A DNA stretch of 64,000 nucleotides from Octopus sinensis (Eukaryota), in contig NC_043002.1 of NCBI RefSeq assembly GCF_006345805.1, forward strand, positions 24,552,001 to 24,616,000, read 5' to 3'. Position 1 is the first letter of the stretch. Each line of letters begins with the position of its first letter. Positions 25,492 through 38,300 of the stretch are shown piece by piece. Below the pieces are notes generated by a model. The model had not been told where the DNA came from. It searched no databases and saw only the letters and a list, made by a program, of their open reading frames with translations. Made by a program: the position numbers and the translations under genes.

Positions 25492-26737
25492 GTTGGACAA
25501 AACACCTTAAAATTTCAAACAAATTTTTTCAAATATGGAGTAGGTCCGCCTTTGGCAGTAATTACAGCTTGAATTCTATGAGGTATGGAGAATTGTTTCC
25601 AAAGGAATTTTTGTCCATTCTTCAGCTAAAACAGTCTCCAGTTCTTGTAGTGATGATGGTGGGGGATATCAACTCCTTACTTGTTTTTCTAAAATGCACC
25701 ATAAATGTTCAATGATATTGTGATCTGGGGACTGTGGTGGCAGATAAGATGTCCAACTTCACTAAAATGTTCCTCATGCTATTCAGTAACAATTTTAGCT
25801 GTGTGAATTGGTGCATTATCATCCTGAAAGATTGTGTTTCCCTCCGGAAATGGTTCTGCAACCATAGGATGAATTTGATCAGATAAAATGCTTAAATAGT
25901 CTTGACTATTAATTCTGCCATGAAGGGAAACCATTGGGCTGGCGGATTTCCAAGATATAACACCACCCACCAGATCATCACAGATCCTCTTCCATGTTTA
26001 ACAGTTGGAAGAAGGCAGTCTGAGTCAAATGCTTCTTTTGGCTGTCTCCACATGTATACTCGACCGGTGATCGGAAATAGGGTAAAGGATGACTCGTCCA
26101 AGAAAATAACATTCCTCCACTGCTCTAGGGACCAATTCTGTAGATTTTTACTCCACTCTAAATGCTTGCAACGTTTGTTTTTGAAAGTAGTGGTTTTCTG
26201 ATTGCAGCCATTCCGTGATATCCAGCTTTGTGCAGCTCCTAGCAAACAGTTTTTGTGGAAATTGGTTTATCGAGGTGGTCATTAAGGTGTGCTGTAATTT
26301 TGGGAGCTGTACTTTTGTGATCCTTTCTAACAATTCGTGTAAGAGTCTGATCGTCCCTACCTGAAAGTTTTGGGTTTCTTCTGGAGTTTTGTTTCAACAA
26401 GGAGGTTTTACTCTGTTTCCCAAAGGCTGTCATTATTTTCAAGACAATACTTCTTGATACACCAAACATTTCGGCTGTTTTCATTACTCTAGCGCCTGCC
26501 ATACGAGCACCAACAATTTGACCTCTTTGAAAGTCTGATAGATCTGTCATTTTAATGAATTTTAATTACTTTTTTCTGATGATATCTGAAAAGAAAACAA
26601 TTTTAGCAAAACATATTAAGCACCACTGATAATAAATAAAAAAACATAAAAACAAACAAGCTTCTGATGGTTTTATAGATATTTCAAAATTAGGATACTA
26701 TGATGCTAGGTGTTTCCATTATTTTATCCAACCCCTG
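25492..26737 (-). mobile_element. Tc1-family DNA transposon, decayed
   Basis: Intact TIR at 26708-26737 followed by TA; remnant TIR GTTGGACAAAACACCT at 25492-25507 with an internal deletion. Confidence 0.9.
25535..26550 (-). pseudogene. Tc1 DD34E transposase with stops and frameshifts
   Basis: MTDLSDFQRGQIVG N-terminus, WRNVIFLDESSF, GSVMIW, FQDDNAPIH, and C-terminal IPHRIQAVITAKGGPTPY, spread over three frames. Confidence 0.93.
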
Positions 26738-26742
26738 TATAT

Positions 26743-26774
<32 letters not shown>

Positions 26775-26857
26775 CCTTCAATTCAGGATACATATGTATA
26801 TTATATACACACCCACATCTAAATGTGTGTGTGTGTGTATATATATATACATGTACA

Positions 26858-26900
<43 letters not shown>

Positions 26901-26968
26901 TTAGATGTGGGTGTGTATATAATATATGTATATAGAATTACATGTTTACATTTATGTATATTTGTCTT

Positions 26969-27002
<34 letters not shown>

Positions 27003-28010
27003 TGCATACATGTGTGTATGTTAGTGTGTATAACATTTCTCTATAAATATAGATGTAAGCAATTAGGATAGCTTCATTGCATCGGAAGTATTGTTGAATA
27101 TTTGACCTTTTACTTTGGTGGTGGTGGTGAACCTGATTGTTATAGCAGTGGTGGAATTTGTGGGGGTAATATCTATGGTAATGTTTATAGTGGTTGTAGT
27201 AGTGATGATGTTAATATTGGTGTCAGACAATGGTGGTAGTGATGGTCATGTTGTCAGTTCTGATTCACCAAACTTTGTGATGAAAATATTCCTGCTGTGA
27301 CTATCCTGTCTTTACTGCATCAACCATTGATTTCTTCATTAATAGATATTATATGGTGCAATCTGTGGGAGTTTGGCTGTTGTTTCCAGCAAATTGAGTG
27401 TTCCTTCATTAGGATGGTAGCGTTTATGGTGATGGTGAAGATAGTAACAGGGTATGGTTAATACCTTTAGATGTTAAGTTGCTATGGTGGTGGTGTTGGC
27501 AGCAGCAGCAGGAGTTCCACTATTGCCTGTGAGTGTGTCACTTGCATTTTGGCACCGGGTCAATCCTGATCAAAGGCATCTGGTCAGTGATGCCCATTTC
27601 ATTAATTTTCTCCACACAATGCACATAGGCTGCCATTTTTCAAAGAATACTGTTCTTTTAAAGACAGCAATGTGTAATTTGAGGTAAATTTGGCAGTTGT
27701 TTCTACCAGTTTCAGCAACCATTTTGAGGTTCCCTCGTTGACTCATAGCTATTGTTTTGCCCAAAGACTTTTGATCAAATGCATCCCATCCATGACCAAC
27801 CATTTTTTTTTTTCAGACATAGTAATCTTGAACTATGTTATCTATCCAATGTGATAATGTGTTCTTGTTTTTAAAGATATTAGGGTGTGCTTTGGATCTG
27901 AATGGCTGTTATTTCTAGCTGGGTAAATGACCACATAGAAGCTTGTTAGCAATGTTGCAGAGTTTTTTGATGATTTGTGTGATTTTGATTTTGCCATTTA
28001 GTAAAATTTA

Positions 28011-28049
<39 letters not shown>

Positions 28050-28056
<7 letters not shown>

Positions 28057-28370
28057 TGCACAATCACATGTGCCCACACACTTATACAAAGTTTCTCTCT
28101 CTCTCTCTATCTCTCACATGTACACACACAAACACATACATATACATACACAATCACATGTTCACACACATGTATACGAAATTTATCTCCCCCTACACAT
28201 ACACACACACACACGCAATCACATGTATGCACACATTTATACACAGTCCTTCTCTCTCTCGCTCTCTCTCTCTCACATGCACACACGCACAATCACATGT
28301 GCATACACATTTATACACAGTCTCCCTCTCTTTCTCTCTCTCTCTCACTCTCTCTCCATCTCTCACACAC
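28050..28370. repeat. Higher-order repeat (~80-95 nt) built from CA and CT microsatellite blocks
   Basis: CAATCACATGT..ACACA.TTATACA.AGT.(CT)n recurs about four times. Confidence 0.75.
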
Positions 28371-28643
28371 ACATTTACTGTTTCCTTTTCATGTCTAAGT
28401 AATTTTTATCAATGGCTTACCATAGTCACCTCCATTATCACTGTCTATGGCAACATCACTCTTGACACCACCACCACCACCACCATCACAACTGATACCC
28501 ACCACTACCACCACCCTCAGGAAATTCTAGCAGGAAATATATACCCCTTCCTCAACTGTATTAAAACATCACAATTGTAGCTTCCCTATTTTTTTCCCAG
28601 CATTAATTTGTTTCATATGTGTGTATATGTTTGTGAATGTGTT

Positions 28644-28712
<69 letters not shown>

Positions 28713-28723
28713 GTTGTAGCAAC

Positions 28724-28757
<34 letters not shown>

Positions 28758-28886
28758 AGTGGAAACTTGCTACTGGGGAAGCAGACAGCAGGAGAAATCT
28801 TCACAAGAAGAATTCCCATCAAACAAGTGCTTTGGCCCATTTGCTCCTGGGCTGAAATACTTATATTACACACACACACATACATC

Positions 28887-28929
<43 letters not shown>

Positions 28930-29140
28930 CCACACATCCACATATGTACACACAAATGAAGAGAATGGTTCAATCAACAGACTCAGCATAGATATCAGAT
29001 CTGCACATCTTATTTCAACCAACACTGAGTTAGGTAACTGAATCAGTTTGCATAGAGTACAGACTCAGTCTTAACGTCTTAAACAAAAATTGGGAGATAC
29101 TAGTGTACAATATTTTGGAAGTGAGCATATATATAGGTAT

Positions 29141-29400
29141 ATCATCATTATCGTTTAACATCTGTTTTTCATGCTGGCATGGGTTGGACAGTTTGACAGG
29201 TGCTGGCCACCAGGGAGTTGTCCAGACTCCAATTGTCTGTCGTGGCATGATTTCTACTGCTGGATGCCCTTCTTAATACCAAACACTTTACGGAGTGTAC
29301 TGGGTACGTTTTACATGTCACTGGCATGGGTGCATTAGCATAATCATGGGATAAGTGCATTTTATGTGGTACTAGCACCTGTAAAGGACAAGCCTGTATG
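29141..29400 (-). mobile_element. RTE-clade LINE 3' fragment
   Basis: ATCATCATTATCGTTTAAC...CATGCTGGCATGGGTTGGAC...GGATGCCCTTC. Confidence 0.8.
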
Positions 29401-29491
29401 TATATATGAGAGTGATTTTCCTTAGCTTGATGTGTCTTATGCATACATTCACACACACACACACATACACACAATCACACATATATATATA

Positions 29492-29545
<54 letters not shown>

Positions 29546-30757
29546 TGTGTTTGTGTATGTGAATGCACTTCTTAAGTATTGTACTCTGGTATTTTTCCAG
29601 TTTCAGCATGGTTTCTCTAGGTGGGTGCCCTTTCTAATATCAACCACTTTACAGAATGTATTGGGTACTTTATCTGTAGCTCCAACACTAATGAGATCAC
29701 CATGCTGCTGACAAAACTAAGACTTTCTTCCATTGGGTGGTGCTACAGCAGAGAAAGATGGCTTTATACTAAGAGGTGAGAAGTTAAAGTATGAATGAAA
29801 AGGCTGTAACCAAACAGGTTTCTTGCAGTAGAGGAGCTACAAGGCATCTGATATTATAGAAGGGTGAGTGTTGTAGAGCTGGAACAAGAGATAAGATAGT
29901 AAAATACAAATCTAGGCTTCTCAGTATAACTGTTTCATTCACCTATTCTCTAAGCTATCTCTCCTATGTTTCAGTGAGGTCTGCTCTCTATTTTCCACAA
30001 TACCTTATATAGTATCAGTGTATCTTTTAATTTGCAGTTGCTATGTAGGTTTATGACACATTATGCAAATCTTTTTACAGGTGTGGCTATCAATATGGTA
30101 GGACATGCAGATGATCAATATAATAGATCTCTCTGTCTCTTCCAATTCCCATCTCCCTCCCCTCACTTCAGATTAGTTTCTTGGAGTATTTTCTTATACC
30201 TGCTTGCTACTTCACTATCGGGTGTGGCACCTACACATTTTTAAGCTATCAAATGTATTGTTATCTTGCAATATACTGGCCGTAGCTGTTTTATTATTAT
30301 TGTCTAACTACTCTAATAGTGCACATGCTTCAGTGTGTTGTGTCTGTATGAGTAAGTGCAAAAATAAGTGAAAGAGAGGCAGGTGTTGGGGAAGAAGAGC
30401 AAAATCATAGAACAGATTTTACACTTGCTTCAGTGTGTGTCTGTAAGCATGTATGTACAGAGAGAGAATATTTTATACCTACTTCAAGGTGTGTGAGAGA
30501 AAGAAAGAGAGAAGGAAACAGAAAGAGAAAAATAAAGAGAAGGAAAGAAAGAGAGGGTATGTGTGTGTGTGGACATGTGTGAGGGATGGAGAGTGATTGA
30601 TAAATAGTGGAAGACTTCATTCAACCATGTTCAAGACAATCACCATATGAATATTAATGTCAGTTCTGGTACTGACAACTATATGTTCCGGCACACATTC
30701 ACACACAGATTCATTTTGGGGGACACACTCACTCATATTTAGATATATGTATATGCA

Positions 30758-30790
<33 letters not shown>

Positions 30791-32024
30791 ATAACATATA
30801 TAACCAGAGATACACAAGCATATATCTTCTCACACATACATATATCTTTAGAGCAGATCTGCCATACACACACACACACACACATAATTTCTGATGCACA
30901 TTGCATATCACACACACACACATCATTCATCATCAGACATACGTCTTCAAACATGCATGCTCACACACATCTTCACATACACTTATATGCACGCACACAC
31001 ACACATCCCACACACACCACACATGCTATACACAGACATACACATGCCACTCACACCATACATCACATACACACACACACATACATGCCATATAGAGACA
31101 CACATACACACAGACACATTTGTTCAGTTCTAGTAGAGCGAGTTACAATTTCTTCATGAAATTAAAGATAATCAACTTCACAAAATCTCTGTACACCTCC
31201 TGAATGGTGATAATGATGGTGTTATTGTTGTTTAGCCCTAGGCAACCCTGTTATATCAAATTCTGATATGATCAAAGGTATTCCAGAACATGGAGTGCCA
31301 CAACTAAATAGGAGGTCTCATCAAGTATGTATGGGATATCTCTTTCATGGACCTTCTGAGCATTACTGGTGAAATCTATAAGATCGTCCAGTGCCAGTTA
31401 GGAAACAGACAGTGCATGAAAGGAGGGAAACACAGTTGGGGGTTGACTTGGGAGCCTTGATGATAGTGGTGATGGAAGTGGTGGTGGTGGCGGCGGTGAT
31501 GGTGGTGGTGGCAATGGTGGTGATGATGGTAGGGAAGAGGAGGAGGAGGAGGAAGACAGCCATAATGTTGACAATGATAATGATGACACCTTGTTCAAAA
31601 GACCAGCTGTCTGTCTGTTGTGCTAGTGATGGTCATGGCAGTGGTGGTAGTAAAGATAGTGTTGATGATAGTGGTTAGCAGAAGTGCCGGTGGCAGAGGC
31701 AGTGATGACAGTGACGACGGCAGCAGTGTGGTGGTGGTAGTGTAGTCCATAGAGAACAACCAGCTTCTATGTCTGACATCATCATTATCAGCTAATGGCA
31801 CTAATTACCTTAATGACACAAGTGGTTGCATTTCTTATCACACAAGCACAGATACTCCCCACCATCACCAATAAATAACCCACACACATTACAGTAGAAA
31901 CTATATACACGTCATAAATACATACACACATTTACAACATACATCCTGTATAGAATGACTGAGGAAAGAAAATTCTTCAGGGATGCCAGTTGCGCCAAAA
32001 CTTAATTGTACAGTCTACAGTCTA

Positions 32025-32140
32025 TAGTTGTTCTCAACTGGGGTCCACATGACCCTTGAGGGTCCATTTAAGATTTTGTTGTTGAAGTTTATATGCAATA
32101 AATTGGTTAAACTTCTACAATTCACATAATATGTTAATTT
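32025..32140. mobile_element. Partial hAT MITE (family of 3429-3666), interrupted
   Basis: TAGTTGTTCTCAACTGGGGTCCA...AAATTGGTTAAAC matches the revcomp of the family end. Confidence 0.6.
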
Positions 32141-32154
32141 TTATATATATATAG

Positions 32155-32330
32155 GCACTGGAGTGGCTGTGTGGTAAAGAAGCTTGCTTCCCAACCACAT
32201 GGTTCCAGGTTCAGTCCCACTGCATGGCACCTTGGGCAAGAGTCTTCTACTATAACCCCAGGCTGACCAAAGCCTTGTGAGTGGGACTGAACCTGGAACC
32301 ATGTGGTTGGGAAGCAAGCTTTTTAACCAC
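32155..32330 (+). mobile_element. Deu/Nin-like SINE with a fold-back duplication of its own head
   Basis: 32180-32221 is the exact reverse complement of 32280-32321 (42 bp). Confidence 0.9.
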
Positions 32331-32488
32331 CCACACATTTATGTATTGGTTTATGTCTATCCCTGTTTGAGTTGCATAATAGTGGTTTTATCTCTAATTC
32401 ATATTTTATATATTTATACTGTGAAATTTGATTTAATACTAAATTGAATTTTTCCCTATAAGTTTGGAGCTATACTCCCTAATATTAT

Positions 32489-32527
<39 letters not shown>

Positions 32528-32533
32528 TATATG

Positions 32534-32722
32534 TAGGTCCCGGGTTGATTCGGGGTTAACCACAGTAAATAAGGTACTCAATACATAGCAGAGTAAAATA
32601 AATTTATTATATAGAAGGAGCTTCTACAGGACTAGAACTGTTTCATTCAAGAGAAATCTTCAGGAAACTTGAAGATTTCTCTTGAATGAAACAGTTCTAG
32701 TCCTGTAGAAGCTCCTTCTATA

Positions 32723-32731
<9 letters not shown>
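32534..32731. mobile_element. Penelope-like terminal remnant ending in a perfect 62-bp palindrome, inserted in (TA)n
   Basis: Arms 32601-32662 and 32670-32731 are exact reverse complements with a 7-nt loop GGAAACT; (TA)n lies on both sides. Confidence 0.8.
32619..32669 (-). ncRNA. Type I hammerhead ribozyme motif with intact core
   Basis: 5'-AGUUUC CUGAAGA UUUC-UCUU-GAAU GAA ACAG-UUCUAGUC-CUGU A GAAGCU-3': 6-bp stem I (one G.U), 4-bp stem III, GUA triplet; stem II has 3 bp plus a U.U at 10.1-11.1. Confidence 0.75.
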
Positions 32732-32762
<31 letters not shown>

Positions 32763-33328
32763 TACACATATATGCTTGGCATTTTTTCAGTTTAGGTCTA
32801 CTAGATCTATTCATAGGCTTTTAGTCAGTCTGGAGCTATAGTTGAAAAAAACACCTACCCAAGGTGCCATGCATTGGGATTGAACCTGAAACCACACCAC
32901 TGGCAAATGAACTTCATAACCACACAGCCATACAAACAACAACCACTATATGCATATGTGTTAACATATCTGTGTGTGTGTATGTGTGTGTGTCTGCAAA
33001 GTTAGATGTCCATGAGTGCATTTGTGTGGATTCACCCAGTCAGAGGTGACCTCAGGCCTAAACAACCACAAGCACCACCACTGTATGTATTTGCATTAAT
33101 TTATGACTGTCTGTATCAATATTTAGGTATGTATATGAATTTATGTATGCATATGAGTGCATTTATGTCTGCTTGTGTATATAAGTGAATGTATATTTAT
33201 CTGTTTGTATAAATGTAGGTGTGTGTTCACATGTACATATAGTTATTTTTTATGTTAGTCAATGTAGGTGTAATGCCCATAACCTTTGTTGGTCTTCCCA
33301 GTCTGATGATATTGATGCAGTTAGTGGC

Positions 33329-33365
<37 letters not shown>

Positions 33366-33940
33366 TGTGTGTTAGTGTTTCCTTGTCTTGATATCATGTA
33401 ATGGTTGTAAATTTATGTTGCTGTCATGCAGATGATATCCTTCATTTTTGATCTTCCATGAAAATATGTCTGGTCAGGGGAGAAATATTACTTTGCTTAG
33501 AAAGACGTGAAGATTGGTGACAGGATGAACATCTGGCTATAGAAAGTCTGCCTCAACAAACTGATGCCTGAAAATATAAGATAAGCAGAAATAAAGGAGT
33601 TCCAAGAGGAAGAAAGTAGGGTGAGATGTCTACAACTGAATTTTGAAAGTAAGAAACAATAGGGATGGCAAGAGGAAAATTAGAGTTGGTTGGTGTTGTT
33701 TTCCCAAGTCAGCTTCTGGGGGAGCAGAACCCTGGTCAAAGGCAGTCCAGTTATCACCATCCCATTTTAAAAAAATTTTTAAATAGTGTGTTATTATTCC
33801 CCTGCCTGTTTAGGAGGATAGTAACACATTTATAACAAGAACTAACTTGGGCTATGACAATCCATCCAATCTATGCCAGCATTGAAAGTGGATGTCAAAT
33901 AATGACAATGATGATGGTGCATCCATGACCAAAGTATATA

Positions 33941-34170
33941 TATTTCTTTACTGCCCACAAGGGGCTAAACATAGAGGGGACAAACAAGGACAGACAAAGG
34001 GATTAAGTCGATTACATTGACCCCAGTGCATAACTGGTACTTTATTTATCAACCCCAAAAAGATGAAAGGCAAAGTCAACCTCGGCGGAATTTGAACTCA
34101 GAACGTAACGGCAGACGAAATACAGCTATGCATTTCGCCTGGCGTGCTAACGTTTCTGCCAGCTCACCGC
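33941..34170 (-). mobile_element. Meta-domain-like SINE, full length and young
   Basis: High-identity revcomp of 61030-61259; CpGs retained. Confidence 0.92.
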
Positions 34171-35535
34171 ACTAGTATGTAATTTGAAAGAGGTTTGGTT
34201 GCTATTTTTAGCAGGTTGAGTGCCTGCTGAGAGACTAGAAGACTTTGCTGATTGGGCCTCCATGGTGCAATTATGTAGCTAGCTAATACAGAGGCCATTG
34301 TAGCAGTAGTGGCAATAAAAGCAACAGAAGGAAGAGACAGCTTTTCTGTGAGTCAGTAGTTGTGTGTTGGTGAGTCAATCAGTACTAATCAATCATGTGA
34401 TGTTCTTTTAGATATAATCTGATCTAGAATTTTTGCTTGTTAAGTCAGGCCCCCTGGTAACATAGTTAAAAATATTGCAGCATTGTTCTCCTCCTCCTTC
34501 TTGTTGTCGTCATTGTCGTTATTATCATTGGTGTTATCATCATCTTCATAATTTAATGTCCACTTTTCCATGCCTACATGGGACAGATGGAATTTGTTAA
34601 TTTTCTACAGTAGGATGCTCTTCCTGTTACCAACCCTCACTTGTATCCAAGCAAGGTTATATTTCCCCATGGAAGACTAGGAACAAACAATATTGCTTGT
34701 ATGATGGTGATGCTTGTTTACAACTATCCCATGATCCTAAACAAAGTTACACACACATAGCCATGTGTGCATGCTCACATACACACATTGTTGTGTGTGT
34801 ACACACATACAAACACACACACACACACACACACAGAGAAATTTCTTTTAGTTTCCTTCTACCTAGTCTACTCACAAGGCTGTGGTTACCTGGGATTGTA
34901 GTAGAAGATACTTGCCCAAGTTGCTGTGCACTAGAAATGAACCTAAGACCACATGGTTAGAAAACACATATATTAGCCAACTCAGTGATACATGCAAATA
35001 TGCAACTATACCATTTATGATAGGGAATTGTATTCTCTGTGATTTGATATAACCCTTTTATCTTTTAAAATAATGATGAGCATCCTGGTAAATACCACAG
35101 CTGACACCCCTTTGTCAAGTGTGTGTAAAAGGAGAACTGTCTCGAATATGTGAACAGTGTTTCATTGTAGGTTTTACTTGAACATCATAAAAGATTAGCA
35201 ATTAATTAAAGCTGAAAGTTCCAGTCTTTATGATGCAATTTCGTCAATATTATATATATGGGGTGGCTATGGGGTGACTATCAAAAATTATAACACTGTA
35301 CATTTCAACTTTGAAAGATGAGTTTTTATTATTTTGATGGCTAGAAAGTGTGAGGTGTATACAATAATACTTCTCTTTACAAGGACCTGCTTTATGAGGC
35401 CCTAGGTTTATGAGCTTTTATGAGTTTTATTTTCTGTTTATGAGCTTTTGCTTTGCGAGCAGTCTCCGGGGAACAAATGAACTCACGTATTGAAGCATTA
35501 CTGTATATATGTTCTATTTCATTGATATATGTAAT

Positions 35536-35950
35536 CAGGGCCAGAATAAGACCCATAGAGGCCCTAAGCACTTAACAAATTTTGATGCTCCCATATATAA
35601 GTAATTCAAAGTATAAACCATACAATAAATGTTCATTGTTCTAAATGAAACAAAGTTAAAAATAAGATGGAAAATAATGTTTATTTTTGTATACTTCCAC
35701 ATTATTTATATTTGAAAAGTTTTCTCCTATATTTTTTAAAATTGAAAAATCTTTGATCAGATCCTCATTATGACGCCATGAACACTTCAAAACTATATTT
35801 CCAATCATATAAACCAGTTCGAATATTATTTTAGCAAGTTTAATGCGATTTCTTTTTTGCTGTAAATCATTTACCGTCTCTGTAGTGCTCCCTGCTTCCC
35901 TTGATGCCCTAAGCATATGCTTATTTTGCTTAATGGTTAACCCAGTGCTG
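35536..35950. mobile_element. hAT-type MITE, second family
   Basis: Ends CAGGGCCAGAATAA / TTAACCCAGTGCTG; GCCCTAAGCA subterminal motif near both ends; 8-bp TSD TATGTAAT / TGTGTAAT. Confidence 0.7.
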
Positions 35951-36794
35951 TGTGTAATGGCTAAATCTTTTCGGCTGTTGAATAAGATTAAGGTATCAGG
36001 TTTCCATTGAAGGATTTCTTTGAGACCTGTGTTGTGTTCATATTTCTTCTACTATAGCCTGGGCTGATCAAAATCTTGTGCATGTATCTGGCTGAAGGAA
36101 AATGAAAGAAGTCCAGCATATATATGTATATGTATAATTGTGTGTGTGCATAGGTGTATATGTGCATGAGTGTTTCTGACTCCTTTTCTTGATGTCACAT
36201 GATAGATTGTGTATGGATGACAACTGTGTATGTGGAAGGCTAAGGAGAGCAAAGAGAGTTATCATCTGCATAGGTATATGTTGTATGACTGCAATCTGGG
36301 AAATATTGGAGGAAGAGTGTGGGAAACAGAATTGAAACTTGGAAAAATCATGAAGAAATGTGTATTTGTGGATATATATTTATATGTAAACTGGAAACTA
36401 CTTGTGCCTTGTTTGGAACAAGGCCATTTTATTAACATTAACTGGTTGATAACGCTAAACACAGGATATAACAAATATCTAGACTGTTGATTCCAATATG
36501 AGGATAATTTTTAATCCATTTTACATATAGAATTTATTTAATTTTAGTAACAATAACTGTTTGATAACATTATCCAGAATCATTAAGTTCATAATCATTA
36601 TGATGGTGGTGGATTGGCTGAATCACTAGAATATTGGACAAATGCCTTGTTGTTTTTGTTCCAGCTTGTTTCTTTTGTTTGTTTTTGTTACATTCTGAGT
36701 TTAAATCCTACCGAGATCAACTTTGTTTTTTTATCCTTCCAGGGTCAACTACTGGGCCTGAATAATTTTTATCAATTAAGGCATTTCCTAAAAT

Positions 36795-37275
36795 AGTGCC
36801 AAATTAGATATTATTTCCCATGGTGGAAGAGGTAGACCCAGGAAGACATGGAGGAGGTGGTGAAATATGATCTTTAGATGCTGAGTCTCGTAGAGGTGAT
36901 GACAGGTGATTAAGACTGTTGGCAATTTGCTGTGCTTGAGAAGACTTGTCAAGCTTAGTGGAATCGTATCATGGCCAGTACTGGTGATGTGTAAAAGGCA
37001 CCTGTTCTGGTGACATGTTAAAGGCACCTGTGCCAGTGACATGTTGAAGGCATCTGTGCCAGTGACACATTAAATGCACCTATGCTGGTGACACATTAAA
37101 GGCACCCTTGCTGGTAACATGCTAAAGGCACCCGGGTACACTCTGTGAAGTGATTGGTGTTAGGAGGGGTATCCAGCCATTGAAACCAAGCCAAAACAGA
37201 TGACTGAAGCCTGGTGCAGCTCTCTGGCTTAACCATATAACCTATGTTAGCATGGAAAACAGGCACTAGATGATG
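36795..37275 (+). mobile_element. RTE-clade LINE 3' end with a 26-nt tandem array in the UTR
   Basis: GRGRPRKTWEEVVKYDL-like coding remnant, six 26-nt units at 36981-37133, then the family tail. Confidence 0.85.
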
Positions 37276-37564
37276 ATGGTGGCGGTGGTGGCAGCGGTGG
37301 CGGTGGTGGTTTTAAATGTGTTTGTCTCTCTCTCTCCTATGCTGTATGTGTGTGTGTGTGTGTGTGTGCATATACACCAATACCAACAGTTACACTGTCC
37401 AATTTAGCACACCAGTATCTATATTCCCAGTACCAGCATGATTTTACCACCACCATTTCTACCACCATCATCATCTCAATTGCCATTTCACCACCATCAC
37501 CATACAACTTGTAGAGCTAGCCCACTTTTCTTTAGATCTTTGTTTTTGATCTCTATATGTACTG

Positions 37565-37605
37565 CATTAAGTAGTAGTAGTAGTAGCAGCAGTAGCAGCA
37601 GCAGC

Positions 37606-37660
<55 letters not shown>

Positions 37661-37668
37661 TCAGCAGC
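37565..37668. repeat. (AGT)n/(AGC)n microsatellite
   Basis: Directly visible. Confidence 0.97.
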
Positions 37669-38179
37669 ATAATGGTCTACTTAAAAATATTTTTCAGAGC
37701 TTTGAGAAGTGGATAATTTTTTAAATTCATTTAAAATTAGTTTGAGACCCACTAATTTTGATAACAATAACTGTTTGAAGGCATTATCTACATTTATAAT
37801 AAGTGGCTACCTCTCTGCATGTATGGACGTGCACAACATAATTGCTTTATACCACTAGCCACACTGACCAACATACCAAATCATTACCTCTACTTCCAGC
37901 ACCACCATACAGTTCCATCACCACCACTACCACCGTAACTGTCACAGCTATCATCCATCACTATCTCCATTAACTTACAACTTCTCCATCATTAGCATGT
38001 TTTTTTTCTGATCTTTGCATTTGATCTCCATATGTAATGACACATAAGTAGTAGTTGTAATTGTAGCATTTTATTTGAATATTTTGATAACAATATTCAG
38101 AGCTTTGATTTTAATATGCAAATAACTTTAATAACACATGAAAAAAAGTGGGAAATTCATTTTTAATTCATTTCATAAA

Positions 38180-38300
38180 GTGTCAAAATTTCCTTTGCAC
38201 AACTGCAGTCTGGTCACTGACACAGTTCCACTGTAACTCAGTGGAACAATGTCAGTGAGTAGGTCACACTTGTGCAAAGAAAATGTGAACATTTTGATAC
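38180..38300. other. ~120-nt symmetric imperfect hairpin (miRNA-like or palindromic MITE remnant)
   Basis: TCACTGACA-CA-GTTCCACTG [TAACT] CAGTGGAAC-AA-TGTCAGTGA plus lower stem CTTTGCACAA/TTGTGCAAAG. Confidence 0.6.
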
